64,000 bases of DNA, from positions 480,001 through 544,000 of the forward strand of contig CBDBHB010000007.1 of assembly GCA_965205505.1 (NCBI GenBank), written 5' to 3'. The DNA is from Acidobacteriota bacterium. GTDB lineage: Bacteria; Acidobacteriota; UBA890; WLXD01. Shown here piece after piece: positions 49,921 through 60,719 of the stretch. The notes beneath the pieces are model-generated. The model saw only the letters and a program-made list of their open reading frames with translations, did not search any database and was not told where the DNA came from. The position numbers and the translations under genes are program-made. Position 1 is the stretch's first letter. Every line of letters begins with the position of its first letter.

Positions 49921-51654
49921 GTGGCTAAACAAACGATGACCCCCTCCGAGGCGCTCGTCGAAACGCTCGTCGCGGAGGGCGTGACCGACGTATTCGGGCT
50001 CGTGGGCTCGGCGTTCATGGATGCGCTCGACCTCCTTCCGGATGCGGGCATCCGCTTCATCCCGGTGGCCCACGAGCAGGCCGCGGCGCACGCCGCCGAC
50101 GGTCTCGCCAGGGTCACCGGCATGCCTCAGACGTGTCTCGCCCAGAACGGCCCGGGCGCCGCGAACTTTGTCTCCGCGATCGCCGCCGCGTACTGGGCGC
50201 ACTCCCCGGTCGTCGCCATCACGCCTGAGGCCGGCTCCGGCGGAATCGGGACGGGCGGCTTCCAGGAGCTCGACCAGATGGCGATGTTCGCCGAGCAGAC
50301 CGTGTACCAGGTCAGGGTCAACCGGCCCGACCGCATGGCCGAGCTCACCCGGCGCTGCTTCTATCGCGCCAAGCTCGAGCTCGGCCCGACGCAGCTCAAC
50401 GTCCCGCGGGATTACTTCTTCGGGGATACCGAGCAGGAGATCTTCGCCACCCCGACGCTCGGCCCGGGCCGTCCGCGCCGAGAGGACATCGCGGAAGCCG
50501 TGCGCCTCCTCGAGGGGGCCGAGTACCCCGTGATCATCTCCGGCGGCGGCGTCAGTCAGGGAGAGGCGCTCTCCGAGGTCTCAGCGCTCGCCGAGCACCT
50601 CAGCGCGCCCGTGGTCAACACGTACCTGCACAACGACACGTTTCCCTACACCCACCCGCTCGGCTGCGGGCCGCTCGGCTACCTCGGGTCGAAGGCCGCG
50701 ATGCGAACCCTCGCCAAGGCGGACGTCGTGTTGGCGCTCGGCACGAGGCTCGGCGTGTTCGGGCTGCTCCCCCAGTACGAGATGGCGTACTGGCCCGAGG
50801 ACGCTGTTCTGATCCAGGTCGACCGCGATGCGAAGCAGTGGGGGCTGAGCAAGATCCCAGATCTCTTCTCGATGGCGGACGTGAAGGAGTACACCGCGGA
50901 GCTACTCGGGGCGCTGAAGGAAGCGGGGCCCGCCCGTCCGAGAGACGAGGACCGCCTCGCCGACGTGGCCCGTGAGAAGGCCGAGTGGGACGGCGAGCTC
51001 GAGGAGCGGTCGTCTTCGACCAGCGCGCTCATGCACCCCAGGCGCTTCCTTTGGGAGCTGCAGCTCGCGCTCCCCGACGACGCCCTCGTCGCCACCGACG
51101 TGGGCAACACCTGCTCCATCACCAACGGGTACCTGCGCGGCTTCAAGGGGGGCCAGCAGCACCTCGCCGCGCTCACCTGGGGCAATTGCGGATTCGCCTA
51201 CGGCTGCGCGATGGGCGCCAAGGTCGGCAAGCCGCAGGCGCCGGTCTTCGCCATGCAGGGCGATGGTGCTTGGGGGATCAGCGGCCTCTCAGAGGTGATG
51301 ACTGCCGTGCGGGAGAACATTCCCGTCATCGCGATCGTCATGAACAACCACGAGTGGGGCGCCGAGAAGAAGAATCAGATCGACTTCTACGACAACCGCT
51401 TCGTCGCCGTCGACCTGCCGGACAACCCCGATTACGCCAAGCTCGCCGAGGCGATGGGCGCCAAGGGCTACACTGTGGACGACTACCGGGACGTCCAGGA
51501 CGTGGTGCGGGACGCCATAGCTTCCGGCGAGCCTTGTGTCATCAACGCGATCGTCGAGGGTGGCGAGAACGTGCTGGCGGCGCCCTTCCGCCGCGACGCA
51601 ATGGCGGTGCCGACGCGTCATCTGGAGAAGTACGCACACCTGGATCTGAACTAG
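49921..51654 (+). CDS. xsc: Sulfoacetaldehyde acetyltransferase
   Basis: MTPSEALVETL, VGSAFMDALD, AYWAHSPVV, GDGAWG..NHEWGAEKKNQIDFY, PFRRDA. Confidence 0.92.
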   Translation: MAKQTMTPSEALVETLVAEGVTDVFGLVGSAFMDALDLLPDAGIRFIPVAHEQAAAHAADGLARVTGMPQTCLAQNGPGAANFVSAIAAAYWAHSPVVAITPEAGSGGIGTGGFQELDQMAMFAEQTVYQVRVNRPDRMAELTRRCFYRAKLELGPTQLNVPRDYFFGDTEQEIFATPTLGPGRPRREDIAEAVRLLEGAEYPVIISGGGVSQGEALSEVSALAEHLSAPVVNTYLHNDTFPYTHPLGCGPLGYLGSKAAMRTLAKADVVLALGTRLGVFGLLPQYEMAYWPEDAVLIQVDRDAKQWGLSKIPDLFSMADVKEYTAELLGALKEAGPARPRDEDRLADVAREKAEWDGELEERSSSTSALMHPRRFLWELQLALPDDALVATDVGNTCSITNGYLRGFKGGQQHLAALTWGNCGFAYGCAMGAKVGKPQAPVFAMQGDGAWGISGLSEVMTAVRENIPVIAIVMNNHEWGAEKKNQIDFYDNRFVAVDLPDNPDYAKLAEAMGAKGYTVDDYRDVQDVVRDAIASGEPCVINAIVEGGENVLAAPFRRDAMAVPTRHLEKYAHLDLN

Positions 51655-51667
51655 TGGCCTGTAACAG

Positions 51668-53080
51668 ATGATCGACAAACACGCTCCGCTCGCCGCCCAC
51701 GATGCCTCCGACATCGTCGAAAAGGACAAGAAGCACCTTTGGCATCACCTCCTCCAACACAAGGTCCTGGAGGAGTCCGACCCGAAGATCTTCGTCGAGG
51801 GCACGGGCGCTCGCCTGCGCGACATCGAGGGGACCGAGTACCTGGATGCGTCGTCCGGCGGCGTGTGGTGCGTCAACGTCGGGTACGGTCGTGAGAGCAT
51901 CGCCGAGGCGATACGCGACCAGCTCTTGAAGCTGCCCTACTACGCGGGCGTGGCGGGCACCGTGCCCGCTGCGGAGTACGCGGATCAGCTGACGGACCTA
52001 CTCCCGGGTCTCGATCGCGTCTTCTTCGCCTCGAGCGGCTCCGAGGCGAACGAGAAGGCGTTCAAGATGGTCCGCCAGATCGCCCACCTGAACGGCCACG
52101 ACAAGCACAAGGTCCTGTACCGGGACCGTGACTATCACGGAACCACGATCGCGTGCCTCGCGGCCTCGGGTCAGTCAGAGCGTAAAGAGGGGTACGGTCC
52201 CTTTCCGGACGGATTCGTGGGAATACCACACGCGCTTTGTTATCGCTGCCCGTTCGGGAAGTCGTATCCGAGCTGTGACCTGGAGTGCGCGCGCGCTCTC
52301 GACGACGCGATCGTCGAAGAGGGGCCCGACACGGTCGGCGGCGTTATTCTCGAGTCAATCACCGCGGGAGGCGGTGTTATCCCCCCAGTCGACGAGTACT
52401 ACCCCATCGTCCAGGACATCTGCGAGCAGTACGGCGTCGTTCTGATCATCGACGAGGTCGTGTGCGGCTTCGGGCGCACCGGGACGATGTTCGGCTTCGA
52501 GCACTACGACGTCGCGCCCGACATCGTCACACTGGCGAAGGGTATGGCGAGCGCTTACGCGCCGATCTCGGCCACGGCCGTGCGCAGCGAGATCTTCGAA
52601 GCCTTCCTCAACGACCCGAGCGACCCGCTCGACTACTTCCGTGACATCAGCACATACGGCGGCTGCACTGGCGGATTCGCCGCCGCGCTCGAGAACCTGC
52701 GCATCATCGAGGAGGAGGCGCTGGTCGAGAACGCCCGCGTCGTCGGTGCGTACCTCCTCGACCGCCTCCGTGACCTCGCCGACCACCAGAGCGTGGGAGA
52801 CGTGCGCGGCAAAGGCCTCTTCGCGGGTGTGGAGCTGGTTGCCGACAAAGCCACGAGAGAGCCGCTCGGTGAGGAGGCGATGGGTGCGGTCATGCGTTCC
52901 ATCACTGCGGAGGGCGTGCTCGTCGGGCGCACGAACCGGAGCCTGCCCGGCTACAACAACACGGTGAACATCGCTCCGCCGCTCATCGTGACGGAGTCGG
53001 ATGTCGACGAGATCGTGGCGGCCCTGAAGGTCGGGATCGAGAAGGGGTGTCGGGACTCGGTCTCTTCGATTCCACGATGA
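51668..53080 (+). CDS. tpa: Taurine:pyruvate aminotransferase (class III)
   Basis: SGGVWCVNVGYG, SGSEANEKA, RDYHG, DEVVCGFGRTG, AKG, YFRDISTYGG; adjacent to xsc. Confidence 0.85.
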   Translation: MIDKHAPLAAHDASDIVEKDKKHLWHHLLQHKVLEESDPKIFVEGTGARLRDIEGTEYLDASSGGVWCVNVGYGRESIAEAIRDQLLKLPYYAGVAGTVPAAEYADQLTDLLPGLDRVFFASSGSEANEKAFKMVRQIAHLNGHDKHKVLYRDRDYHGTTIACLAASGQSERKEGYGPFPDGFVGIPHALCYRCPFGKSYPSCDLECARALDDAIVEEGPDTVGGVILESITAGGGVIPPVDEYYPIVQDICEQYGVVLIIDEVVCGFGRTGTMFGFEHYDVAPDIVTLAKGMASAYAPISATAVRSEIFEAFLNDPSDPLDYFRDISTYGGCTGGFAAALENLRIIEEEALVENARVVGAYLLDRLRDLADHQSVGDVRGKGLFAGVELVADKATREPLGEEAMGAVMRSITAEGVLVGRTNRSLPGYNNTVNIAPPLIVTESDVDEIVAALKVGIEKGCRDSVSSIPR

Positions 53081-53307
53081 TCGTCGTCGGCTCGATGATC
53101 GGCTCGAGCATCTATGTAGCGCTCTCGGAGATCCAGGGCCAGAGCCATTGGGAGTAGCGAGCGAACGCGACTCTGACCGCTGCGATCAGGCCGGCAACCC
53201 TTGTAATTGTTCTTTTCACCTACCGGACCTCCACGACGTGGCCGGGCCTGATCATCGTGCTACTCGGCGTCCCGGTCTACTTCGTGTGGCAACGCAGCAG
53301 CAGCTAG
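53056..53307 (+). pseudogene. Collapsed APC amino-acid permease remnant
   Basis: N-terminal LGLFDSTMIVVGSMIGSSIY and C-terminal TWPGLIIVLLGVPVYFVW lie within 250 bp. Confidence 0.65.
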
Positions 53308-53344
53308 TCCAAAGCTGTGTCGAGTAGCTGTCTCCAACCAACTC

Positions 53345-54760
53345 ATGTGTAAAGCCACAGCCGTATTGACACTCTTGCTCACACTTTCGTTTGTTGAAGG
53401 CTCCACTGCGCAATATGGCGAACAGTATGACGATGTCATGGCAAACATCGGCGATGCGAACTACGGCACCTTCGATGACGGCAATCCCTATGCCACCGTT
53501 GACATGCTCAATCACGTGCGTAGAGAACGCTTCTACCTGATCTTGCCACGGGTCATGCGTGAAAGAGCAATCGACATGTGGATTCACGTCATTCGACCTT
53601 GGGCGTGGGGCGGAACCGATCCTCTTCGCTATGAATTCGGCACCAAGTCCGCCGTTCTCATCTTTACCGATCGCGGTAGCGATCAGATCGAACGGGTCGT
53701 TTTCCAGGGTGAGGTCCAAGATCCGGACGCCTACGACATCGTCGGCGAAGAATACAAGTATCTCAGTCAGCAAGACTATGAGTTCATGAATTACGCCGTC
53801 GACAATCCCGGCGACGAGTACGCGTCGGAATTGGACTTCAGATTCGAGGGTCTCTACGAGTTCGTTGCTGAACGGAACCCGAAGCGCATCGCCGTGAATT
53901 ACCTCGAAACACTCTCGTTTGCCGAGGGCTCCGAGACTTTTACCATGGCGCTCGGTGACGGTATTTCATACACCGACTATGTCCAGATATCCAAAGCGTT
54001 AGGCGACATCTACTCCAAGCGGATGGTCTCAGCAGAGCACCTTATCCTCGACTACTTATCAAGAAGGGTCGCCAGCGAGGTCGTTCTCTACGGCACTTCG
54101 GGCCTTCGACGCGAGAGCGGCAGAAGATTCGCCAATATTGTGCCCGGCGTCACCACGCTCGGCGATATCGATGTTCGCTCGGTAATCAACAAGGATGGAG
54201 ATGAACGAAGAGGCGACGACTATGTGATTCAGCGCGGCGATCTCATTGGTGGTTGGGAGGGACAAGCCTACGTTCTCCGGAAGGGCGAGACCGACTTACC
54301 GCAGCACATACGGAAATTCTGGGAGGATAACCAGAGAGTCCGTGACATCCTGCGGCACAACATCGAGGTCGGCCGCACCGGTGGCGAGACTCTCGATCTC
54401 CTCGCCCGAAAGCTGGAAGACGCAGGGTTCGTGTATACGGACTACCAGGAATACAACAAATACGTCGCGCACCCCGACAGAACCCAGGTCCATCTCGACT
54501 TACATGCTGAAGGGAAAGGAATTCTCGCGCCCAGAATTTCGCCGATGGGACCAAAATGGCACTGGAACACGACAATCCGCCTGTTTCACACCTTCGCCGT
54601 CGAATACATGATCTATATGCCCGTGCCGGAATGGTCTCGTGGAAATAATTTCACCGGGCAACAGATGTCTGCCGCTTTTCACGATGGCGGCATCGTCACC
54701 AGCCGTGGCATGGAGATTCCATACCCCGACCAATCCACCAAGATTCAGATCATTCAATAG
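53345..54760 (+). CDS. M24/Xaa-Pro aminopeptidase-like protein, paralogue 1
   Basis: Signal peptide; ILPRVMRERAIDMWI, PKRIAVNY, AYVLRKGET, MPVPEW. Confidence 0.75.
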   Translation: MCKATAVLTLLLTLSFVEGSTAQYGEQYDDVMANIGDANYGTFDDGNPYATVDMLNHVRRERFYLILPRVMRERAIDMWIHVIRPWAWGGTDPLRYEFGTKSAVLIFTDRGSDQIERVVFQGEVQDPDAYDIVGEEYKYLSQQDYEFMNYAVDNPGDEYASELDFRFEGLYEFVAERNPKRIAVNYLETLSFAEGSETFTMALGDGISYTDYVQISKALGDIYSKRMVSAEHLILDYLSRRVASEVVLYGTSGLRRESGRRFANIVPGVTTLGDIDVRSVINKDGDERRGDDYVIQRGDLIGGWEGQAYVLRKGETDLPQHIRKFWEDNQRVRDILRHNIEVGRTGGETLDLLARKLEDAGFVYTDYQEYNKYVAHPDRTQVHLDLHAEGKGILAPRISPMGPKWHWNTTIRLFHTFAVEYMIYMPVPEWSRGNNFTGQQMSAAFHDGGIVTSRGMEIPYPDQSTKIQIIQ

Positions 54761-54822
54761 ATTCACGACGCTTCAAGGTTAACAGGGTGCTGAAGAACTC
54801 TGTTAAGGCGCAGGGGCCAACC

Positions 54823-56058
54823 ATGTATGGAGTACGGAACGTCCTCACATTCTTGTGCATGCTTCTTCTTGCCCAAGAAGTCCACGCCCAGCGTCAAGAG
54901 CTCGAGGCGTTTCCGGCGCTGATGAATCTCATTCGTGGCGAGAAATTCGACGTGGTCCTCCCGCAAGCGATGAAGAGCAACGGCATCGACATGTGGATCC
55001 ACGTGATCAGAGGAGAGAACCTCCTCAACTACGAGCTCGGCGACAATTCCGGCATCTATATCTTTACCGACCGCGGTGAGGCGCGGATCGAGCGGGCTGT
55101 CCTCGGCGGCCAAGCCGACCGCGAACTCTATGACGTCTTCGGCCCTGAAAGTCACTTGGGACGATTCGTCGCCGACCGTGACCCCAAGCGTATCGCCCTC
55201 AATTACGCCGAAGAGGGTTCCGGTTTCGACACCATCTCGACCGAGGATCGGACACGGGTCTTTGAAGCACTGGGCGGCGAATACAGCAATCGAGTCGTCC
55301 CAGCCAACCACTTGATAGCGGATTTCTTGGCCGGCAGGGTGATGAGCGAAGTAGCCCTCTATGGTCGCCTTCTCATAAACAGCACCAACATCATAGAGAG
55401 AGCATTTGCAAGCATCGTCCCCGGCAAAACTCGCTTAAGCGACATTGCCGGCAATGTATTCGTCAGGGACCTCGACGGCAACGAAGAAAACAATACTGAT
55501 TACGTCGTCCAACCCGGCGATCTGGTCGGGATACTGCACGACGCGAACATGCGGGAATTCAGTGAGCACAACGGCGGCATCGGCTACGCCCTCCGCCAGG
55601 GGGAAACGGGGCTCCCTCCGGAGATCCAGCGTATATGGGGACATGCCTTACGAGCCCGTGAACTGTTCCGTAGAAATATCGTCGCAGGTCGGACAGGGGC
55701 GGAAACGCTCGACATCCTCATCAAGCAACTCGAGCAAGCCGGATACCACTACATCGATCAGGATCAATATGACACGAGCGCGGACCCGGACAAAACGCAG
55801 GTCCATATCGACTTCCATGCGCTCGGCAGAATGGTTTCACAGGAGGAAGCGCCGAGGATTTCTCCAACCGGTTGGGGCCGCGATCTGAAGATTCCCCTCT
55901 ACCATACCTTCGCCCTCGAATACATGATCCACATGCCCGTGCCGGAATGGGGCAAGGGAAAACACCTTTACATTTGCCTCCACGACGGAGCAATGGTCAC
56001 CGAACGTGGCGTCGAGTTTCCGGCGCGACCCACACAAGAGATTCTGATTATCCGCTAG
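54823..56058 (+). CDS. M24-like protein, paralogue 2
   Basis: VLPQAMKSNGIDMWI, DPKRIALNY, YALRQGET, MPVPEW. Confidence 0.75.
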   Translation: MYGVRNVLTFLCMLLLAQEVHAQRQELEAFPALMNLIRGEKFDVVLPQAMKSNGIDMWIHVIRGENLLNYELGDNSGIYIFTDRGEARIERAVLGGQADRELYDVFGPESHLGRFVADRDPKRIALNYAEEGSGFDTISTEDRTRVFEALGGEYSNRVVPANHLIADFLAGRVMSEVALYGRLLINSTNIIERAFASIVPGKTRLSDIAGNVFVRDLDGNEENNTDYVVQPGDLVGILHDANMREFSEHNGGIGYALRQGETGLPPEIQRIWGHALRARELFRRNIVAGRTGAETLDILIKQLEQAGYHYIDQDQYDTSADPDKTQVHIDFHALGRMVSQEEAPRISPTGWGRDLKIPLYHTFALEYMIHMPVPEWGKGKHLYICLHDGAMVTERGVEFPARPTQEILIIR

Positions 56059-56072
56059 CAGGAGATTGCCCG

Positions 56073-57527
56073 GTGACCGAATTACGACTTGTGCTGGTGG
56101 CCTCTTTCTTGCTGTGCCTCGCACACGTGTCAACCGCACAAACGCGAACTCGTAATCCTGAAGCCCTGCCCGGCATCAGCGACACCTACTACGGGGCCTT
56201 CGACGACGACAACCCCTATGCGACCAAAGAAATGCTGAACCACATTCGCCGGGAGAAATTCGCCTTGGTTTTACCCCGCGTCATGCGTGATGAACGCATC
56301 GACATGTGGATTCACATTATTCGGCCCTGGACCTTTAGCGGAAACGAGCTCAGAAGACTAGAGGGCCTCGATCTCAATTACAGCAACATCGATTCCACCG
56401 ACCCCCTTCGCTATGAATTCGGCAGCAACGCCGCCGTCCTCGTCTTTACCGATCGTGGCGACGACAGAATTGAGCGGGTCGTCTTTGAAGGTGAGGTTGA
56501 TGACGACGGCGCCTTCGACATCGTCCGCGGCCAGTCGAAGTTCATTAATCAAGAGAATTACGAGATCATGGACTACGTCAGGGAGAACCCGAGCGACGTT
56601 CCCCACTCAGAGATGGGCTACCGGTTCATGGGGCTCGGAGATTTCGTCGCCGAACGTGACCCGAAGCGAATCGGTGTGAATTACGCGGAGAAACTGTCAC
56701 TCGCCGAAGGCTCCGAGACATATACCCTCGCCCTTACCGACGGTATTTCCTATGCGGACCACCTCCATTTGTCTCGCGCGTTGGGCGACAAGTACGCCAA
56801 GCGAATGGTCTCCGCCGAGAACATGATCTTGGACTACCTCACGAGTAGTGTCGCCGGCGAAATCGTTCTCTTTGGTGGCTCCGGCCTACCGCGCCGGACT
56901 AGGACATTTCAAGAGATCGTACCCGGCGTCACCACCTTGCGCGATGTAGGGGGCAGTTGGTTCTCGACGCGCGAATGGGATCATGATGAAAGCGCTTTCG
57001 AAGATTTCCCCCTCCAGCACGGCGACATGTTCCAGAGCGGCATGGTCCCTTACTACGTACTCCGTGAGGGAGAGACCGGGCCGCCTCCAGAAGTCCAAAG
57101 GAGCTGGGATGAGGTCGTGAGAGTCCGCAAGCTCATTAGCAAGAACATCAGGGTCGGTGATACAGGTCGCCAAGCCCTTGCGCGGATCAGCGGCAAATTG
57201 GAAGAAGCCGGGTTTGCCTACATCGACAGAGACAGATTCGACCCGAGCCTGGACCCCGAAAAGACCCAAGTGCACCTAGACCTCCATCAGGTTGGCAAGG
57301 GCATGCTGGCGCCCAGGGTTTCACCTATGGGTGCAAGATGGCACGCGGACAAGAAGATCCCGCTCCTGCTCACCTTGGGCATCGAATACATGGTCCATAT
57401 GCCCGTCCCGGAATGGGGTGAAGGGAGACATATTTACTATTGCAGTCTCCACGAGCGTGGCGTCGTCACGGAGCGAGGTGTCGAATTCGCCGCGCCACCT
57501 GTCGCTGGGATTCAGAGTATTCACTGA
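56073..57527 (+). CDS. M24-like protein, paralogue 3
   Basis: AGGAG RBS then GTG; VLPRVMRDERIDMWI, DPKRIGVNY, YVLREGET, MPVPEW. Confidence 0.75.
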   Translation: MTELRLVLVASFLLCLAHVSTAQTRTRNPEALPGISDTYYGAFDDDNPYATKEMLNHIRREKFALVLPRVMRDERIDMWIHIIRPWTFSGNELRRLEGLDLNYSNIDSTDPLRYEFGSNAAVLVFTDRGDDRIERVVFEGEVDDDGAFDIVRGQSKFINQENYEIMDYVRENPSDVPHSEMGYRFMGLGDFVAERDPKRIGVNYAEKLSLAEGSETYTLALTDGISYADHLHLSRALGDKYAKRMVSAENMILDYLTSSVAGEIVLFGGSGLPRRTRTFQEIVPGVTTLRDVGGSWFSTREWDHDESAFEDFPLQHGDMFQSGMVPYYVLREGETGPPPEVQRSWDEVVRVRKLISKNIRVGDTGRQALARISGKLEEAGFAYIDRDRFDPSLDPEKTQVHLDLHQVGKGMLAPRVSPMGARWHADKKIPLLLTLGIEYMVHMPVPEWGEGRHIYYCSLHERGVVTERGVEFAAPPVAGIQSIH

Positions 57528-57642
57528 CCCGTCTCACCGCTCTGAGCCATCAGCGCGCCGTCTCCACCGGCAAGCCCGCCGCTGTATGTACTTCCAACCT
57601 CCAATTACAATGGCGCGGCCTCTCCTCTCGACAGAAGCCGGA

Positions 57643-59427
57643 ATGAGCACACCGCCAGCAGACGAAAGTGCCGTGCAGCGCCTCGACAGGCTCTACGAGT
57701 ATGATCGCGAGCCGGTTGCCGAGCAGCAGCTGCACGGGGGTGCTCGTTTCGCCGGTATGTATGCAGGCGAGCACGTCGCGGCCACCGAATTCGTCATCGG
57801 CGCCCTGTTTGTGAGTTGGGGGGCACGCGCGGGGGATGTTCTCATCGGCCTGCTGCTGGGCAATTTGATGGCGGTGCTGTCGTGGACACTGGTGTGCGCT
57901 CCGATTGCGACCCAAACACGCCTGACGCTGTATTGGTATCTGCGGCGCATCGCCGGGCCGGGGGTCACCACCATCTACAACGTGCTCAACGCGGTCCTGT
58001 ACTGCATTCTTGCCGGTTCGATGATCACGGTATCGGCCTCTGCGATTCGCATCCCCTTCGGTATTCCGCCGCAAACGCATTGGTATCCCGATGACCTGCG
58101 CTTCGTGCTTGTGGTTCTGGGCGTGGGAGCTGTGGTCGTTGCCCTTGCCATCTGGGGTTTCACACGCTTGGCACAGTTCGCGACGCTGTGCGCTCCGTGG
58201 ATGATCGCGATGTTCATCGCGGGTGCCCTCGCTACTTGGCCGAGTTTGGCCGCATCGGTTGCTTCCGAGGGGGGTGAAGCCGCTGGATTCCTCGAGGTTG
58301 CGCGCACCCGTATCTGGACCGGCGTGCCGGCAAGTGGGGGCGAGCCGATCACCTTTTGGCAGCTCGCTGCCTTTGCTTGGATTGCCAACATAGCCATGCA
58401 CTTGGGCCTCTCCGACATGGCGATTCTTCGCTATGCCCGGCGCGCGCGCTATGGACTGAACTCGGCCTTCGGAATGTTCCTGGGACACTATGTGGCCTGG
58501 ATCGCTGCTGGTGTGATGGGCGCGGCGGCCGCCTTGGCGTTGAATCAGCCGCTGACCGAGCTCGACTCCGGCGCAGTGGCGATGCACGCCCTGGGTGTGG
58601 CGGGGGCGATCGCCGTGGTAATTGCCGGTTGGACGACCTCGAACCCGACCCTGTACCGGGCCGGACTTGCGCTGCAGGCGGTTACACCCAATTGGCCGCG
58701 TTGGAAGGTGACACTCGTCGCGGGTGCGCTGACCACGGTCGTCGCTTGCTCGCCCTTTGTATTCACCAAGCTGCTGGGTTTTGTCGGCATATACGGAATT
58801 CTGCTGGCGCCGGTTGGCGGCATCGTGACCGCTTACCACTTCGTCCTACGCAAGCGTGGTGCGGCTCACCAAGTCTCTTCCATGTGGAACGCACCGGCGC
58901 TCATCGCCTGGGCGGCCGGCAGTCTGGGAGCTGTGGTTCTCTGGCAGACCGGTGTGGTGCATCTCTTCTTCCTGGCTGTTCCGGCCTGGGTGCTGAGTGG
59001 GATCTTGTACCTGGTGCTGGCGAAGAAGGGGACCGGGGGCAGCTCTATGACAGCTGACACTCGCAGTGACAGCGCTGCGGATGCGGCCCCATACCGGCCT
59101 TTGATTGGAACCGCCGGGAGCGGCCCCGAGGAGGCACCGAGCTTCGCCAAAGCCGCCGGCCTGGTGGCGCTCCTCGCGCTCGTGACTTGCGTGGCGCTTC
59201 CGGTATGGATTCTGCTTTCGTCCGAAGCAGAACGCGCGTCGAGAACCGGACCCTTCAAGACCTGGTTGTTGATCGCCTCACTGGTCTACTTCGTGGCGGG
59301 TAGTCTGTGGATCTACCGTCGCCGTAGCGATGGTTCAGCGGCGCAATCAATCGTCGATCTCATTTCAGGGAACATTGTGAACATCTGCGCCGGACAACCG
59401 GCCGCTTTGCCCGGTGAATGGCAATGA
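57643..59427 (+). CDS. NCS1/purine-cytosine permease-like transporter
   Basis: YAGEHVAATEFVIG, GWTTSNPTLYRAG, many transmembrane segments. Confidence 0.78.
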   Translation: MSTPPADESAVQRLDRLYEYDREPVAEQQLHGGARFAGMYAGEHVAATEFVIGALFVSWGARAGDVLIGLLLGNLMAVLSWTLVCAPIATQTRLTLYWYLRRIAGPGVTTIYNVLNAVLYCILAGSMITVSASAIRIPFGIPPQTHWYPDDLRFVLVVLGVGAVVVALAIWGFTRLAQFATLCAPWMIAMFIAGALATWPSLAASVASEGGEAAGFLEVARTRIWTGVPASGGEPITFWQLAAFAWIANIAMHLGLSDMAILRYARRARYGLNSAFGMFLGHYVAWIAAGVMGAAAALALNQPLTELDSGAVAMHALGVAGAIAVVIAGWTTSNPTLYRAGLALQAVTPNWPRWKVTLVAGALTTVVACSPFVFTKLLGFVGIYGILLAPVGGIVTAYHFVLRKRGAAHQVSSMWNAPALIAWAAGSLGAVVLWQTGVVHLFFLAVPAWVLSGILYLVLAKKGTGGSSMTADTRSDSAADAAPYRPLIGTAGSGPEEAPSFAKAAGLVALLALVTCVALPVWILLSSEAERASRTGPFKTWLLIASLVYFVAGSLWIYRRRSDGSAAQSIVDLISGNIVNICAGQPAALPGEWQ

Positions 59428-60719
59428 GCGAAACCTATCGCATTAGCGACGACCAAATACGGGATGAGAACGCTGCGGCGCTGGCCTCGCTGCAGGACGA
59501 CTTCGACCACCTCGGCGTGCAGCTGGCGCGGCGAGGAATCTCCATCGAAGAGATCACCCGCGAGGCGCAAGGCTTTGCTGTAGCGTTGCCCTCCTGGGGC
59601 GTCGGCACGGGTGGCACGCGCTTCGGGCGTTTTCCAGGAATTGGAGAGCCGCGCAACATCTTCGAAAAACTCGACGACTGCGCGACCGTTCAGCAGTTGG
59701 TCCGCTGCACACCTGCTATCTCCTTGCACATCCCATGGGACCGTCCCGACGACCCTGCCGAGTTGCGAGAACGCGCTGCTCACCTGGGAATCGGTTTCGA
59801 TGCGATCAACTCGAACACTTTTCAGGACCAACCGGAGCAAGCGCTCTCCTATCGATTCGGCAGCCTGGCACACACCGACGCGGCTGTGCGGCGGCAGGCG
59901 ATTGAACACAACCAGGAGTGCATCGAGGTCGGTCGAGAGCTAGGGTCCACGGCGTTGACGATCTGGATCGCCGACGGCGGCAACTTTCCCGGGCAACTGG
60001 ACTTCCGTGCCGCCCTCGGGCGCTACATCGATAGCTTGCGGGAGATCTACTCCGCGCTCCCGAGCGACTGGCGCATGTTCCTCGAACACAAGTTCTTCGA
60101 ACCGGCCTTCTACTCCACGTTGAACAACGATTGGGGAACCAATTACTTGTGCGCCGTGGAGCTCGGGGATCAGGCCTCTTGTCTTGTGGACCTCGGACAC
60201 CACGCTCCGAACGTCAACATAGAGATGATCGTCGCCCGCTTGATCCAGTTCGGTAAATTGGGCGGCTTCCACTTCAACGACAGCAAATATGGTGACGATG
60301 ACCTTGATAGTGGCTCGATCCACCCCTTCCAGCTCTTTCTCGTCATCCATGAGTTGATCGGAGCACGACGCGACGATGCGTCTTTCGCGCCCGCCTACAT
60401 GCTTGACCAATCGCACAACGTGACCGACCCGATCGAGTCCTTGATGACCAGCGCGATGGAAGTGCATCGTGCCTTCGTGCAGGCTCTGCTGGTGGACCGC
60501 GAAGCGCTCGCTGAACATCAAGGAGCCAACGACGCGATCATGGCGCTGGGCACCCTACGCGCAGCCTACCAATGCGACGTCTCCCCGATCCTCGCCATGG
60601 CTCGCCAGCGGTCCGGCGGAGCCGTCGATGCGCTCGGGCTGTATCGCAAGAGTGGCTACCGGAGCAACAAGGGTGTCGAGCGACCCTCCGACGGCGGCTC
60701 TCCGGCGGGGATCGTTTGA
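59418..60719 (+). CDS. rhaI: L-rhamnose isomerase (RhaI type)
   Basis: PSWGVGTGGTRF, HIPWD, EHKFFEP, DLGHHAP, HFNDSKYGDDDL, DQSHN. Confidence 0.9.
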   Translation: MAMSETYRISDDQIRDENAAALASLQDDFDHLGVQLARRGISIEEITREAQGFAVALPSWGVGTGGTRFGRFPGIGEPRNIFEKLDDCATVQQLVRCTPAISLHIPWDRPDDPAELRERAAHLGIGFDAINSNTFQDQPEQALSYRFGSLAHTDAAVRRQAIEHNQECIEVGRELGSTALTIWIADGGNFPGQLDFRAALGRYIDSLREIYSALPSDWRMFLEHKFFEPAFYSTLNNDWGTNYLCAVELGDQASCLVDLGHHAPNVNIEMIVARLIQFGKLGGFHFNDSKYGDDDLDSGSIHPFQLFLVIHELIGARRDDASFAPAYMLDQSHNVTDPIESLMTSAMEVHRAFVQALLVDREALAEHQGANDAIMALGTLRAAYQCDVSPILAMARQRSGGAVDALGLYRKSGYRSNKGVERPSDGGSPAGIV

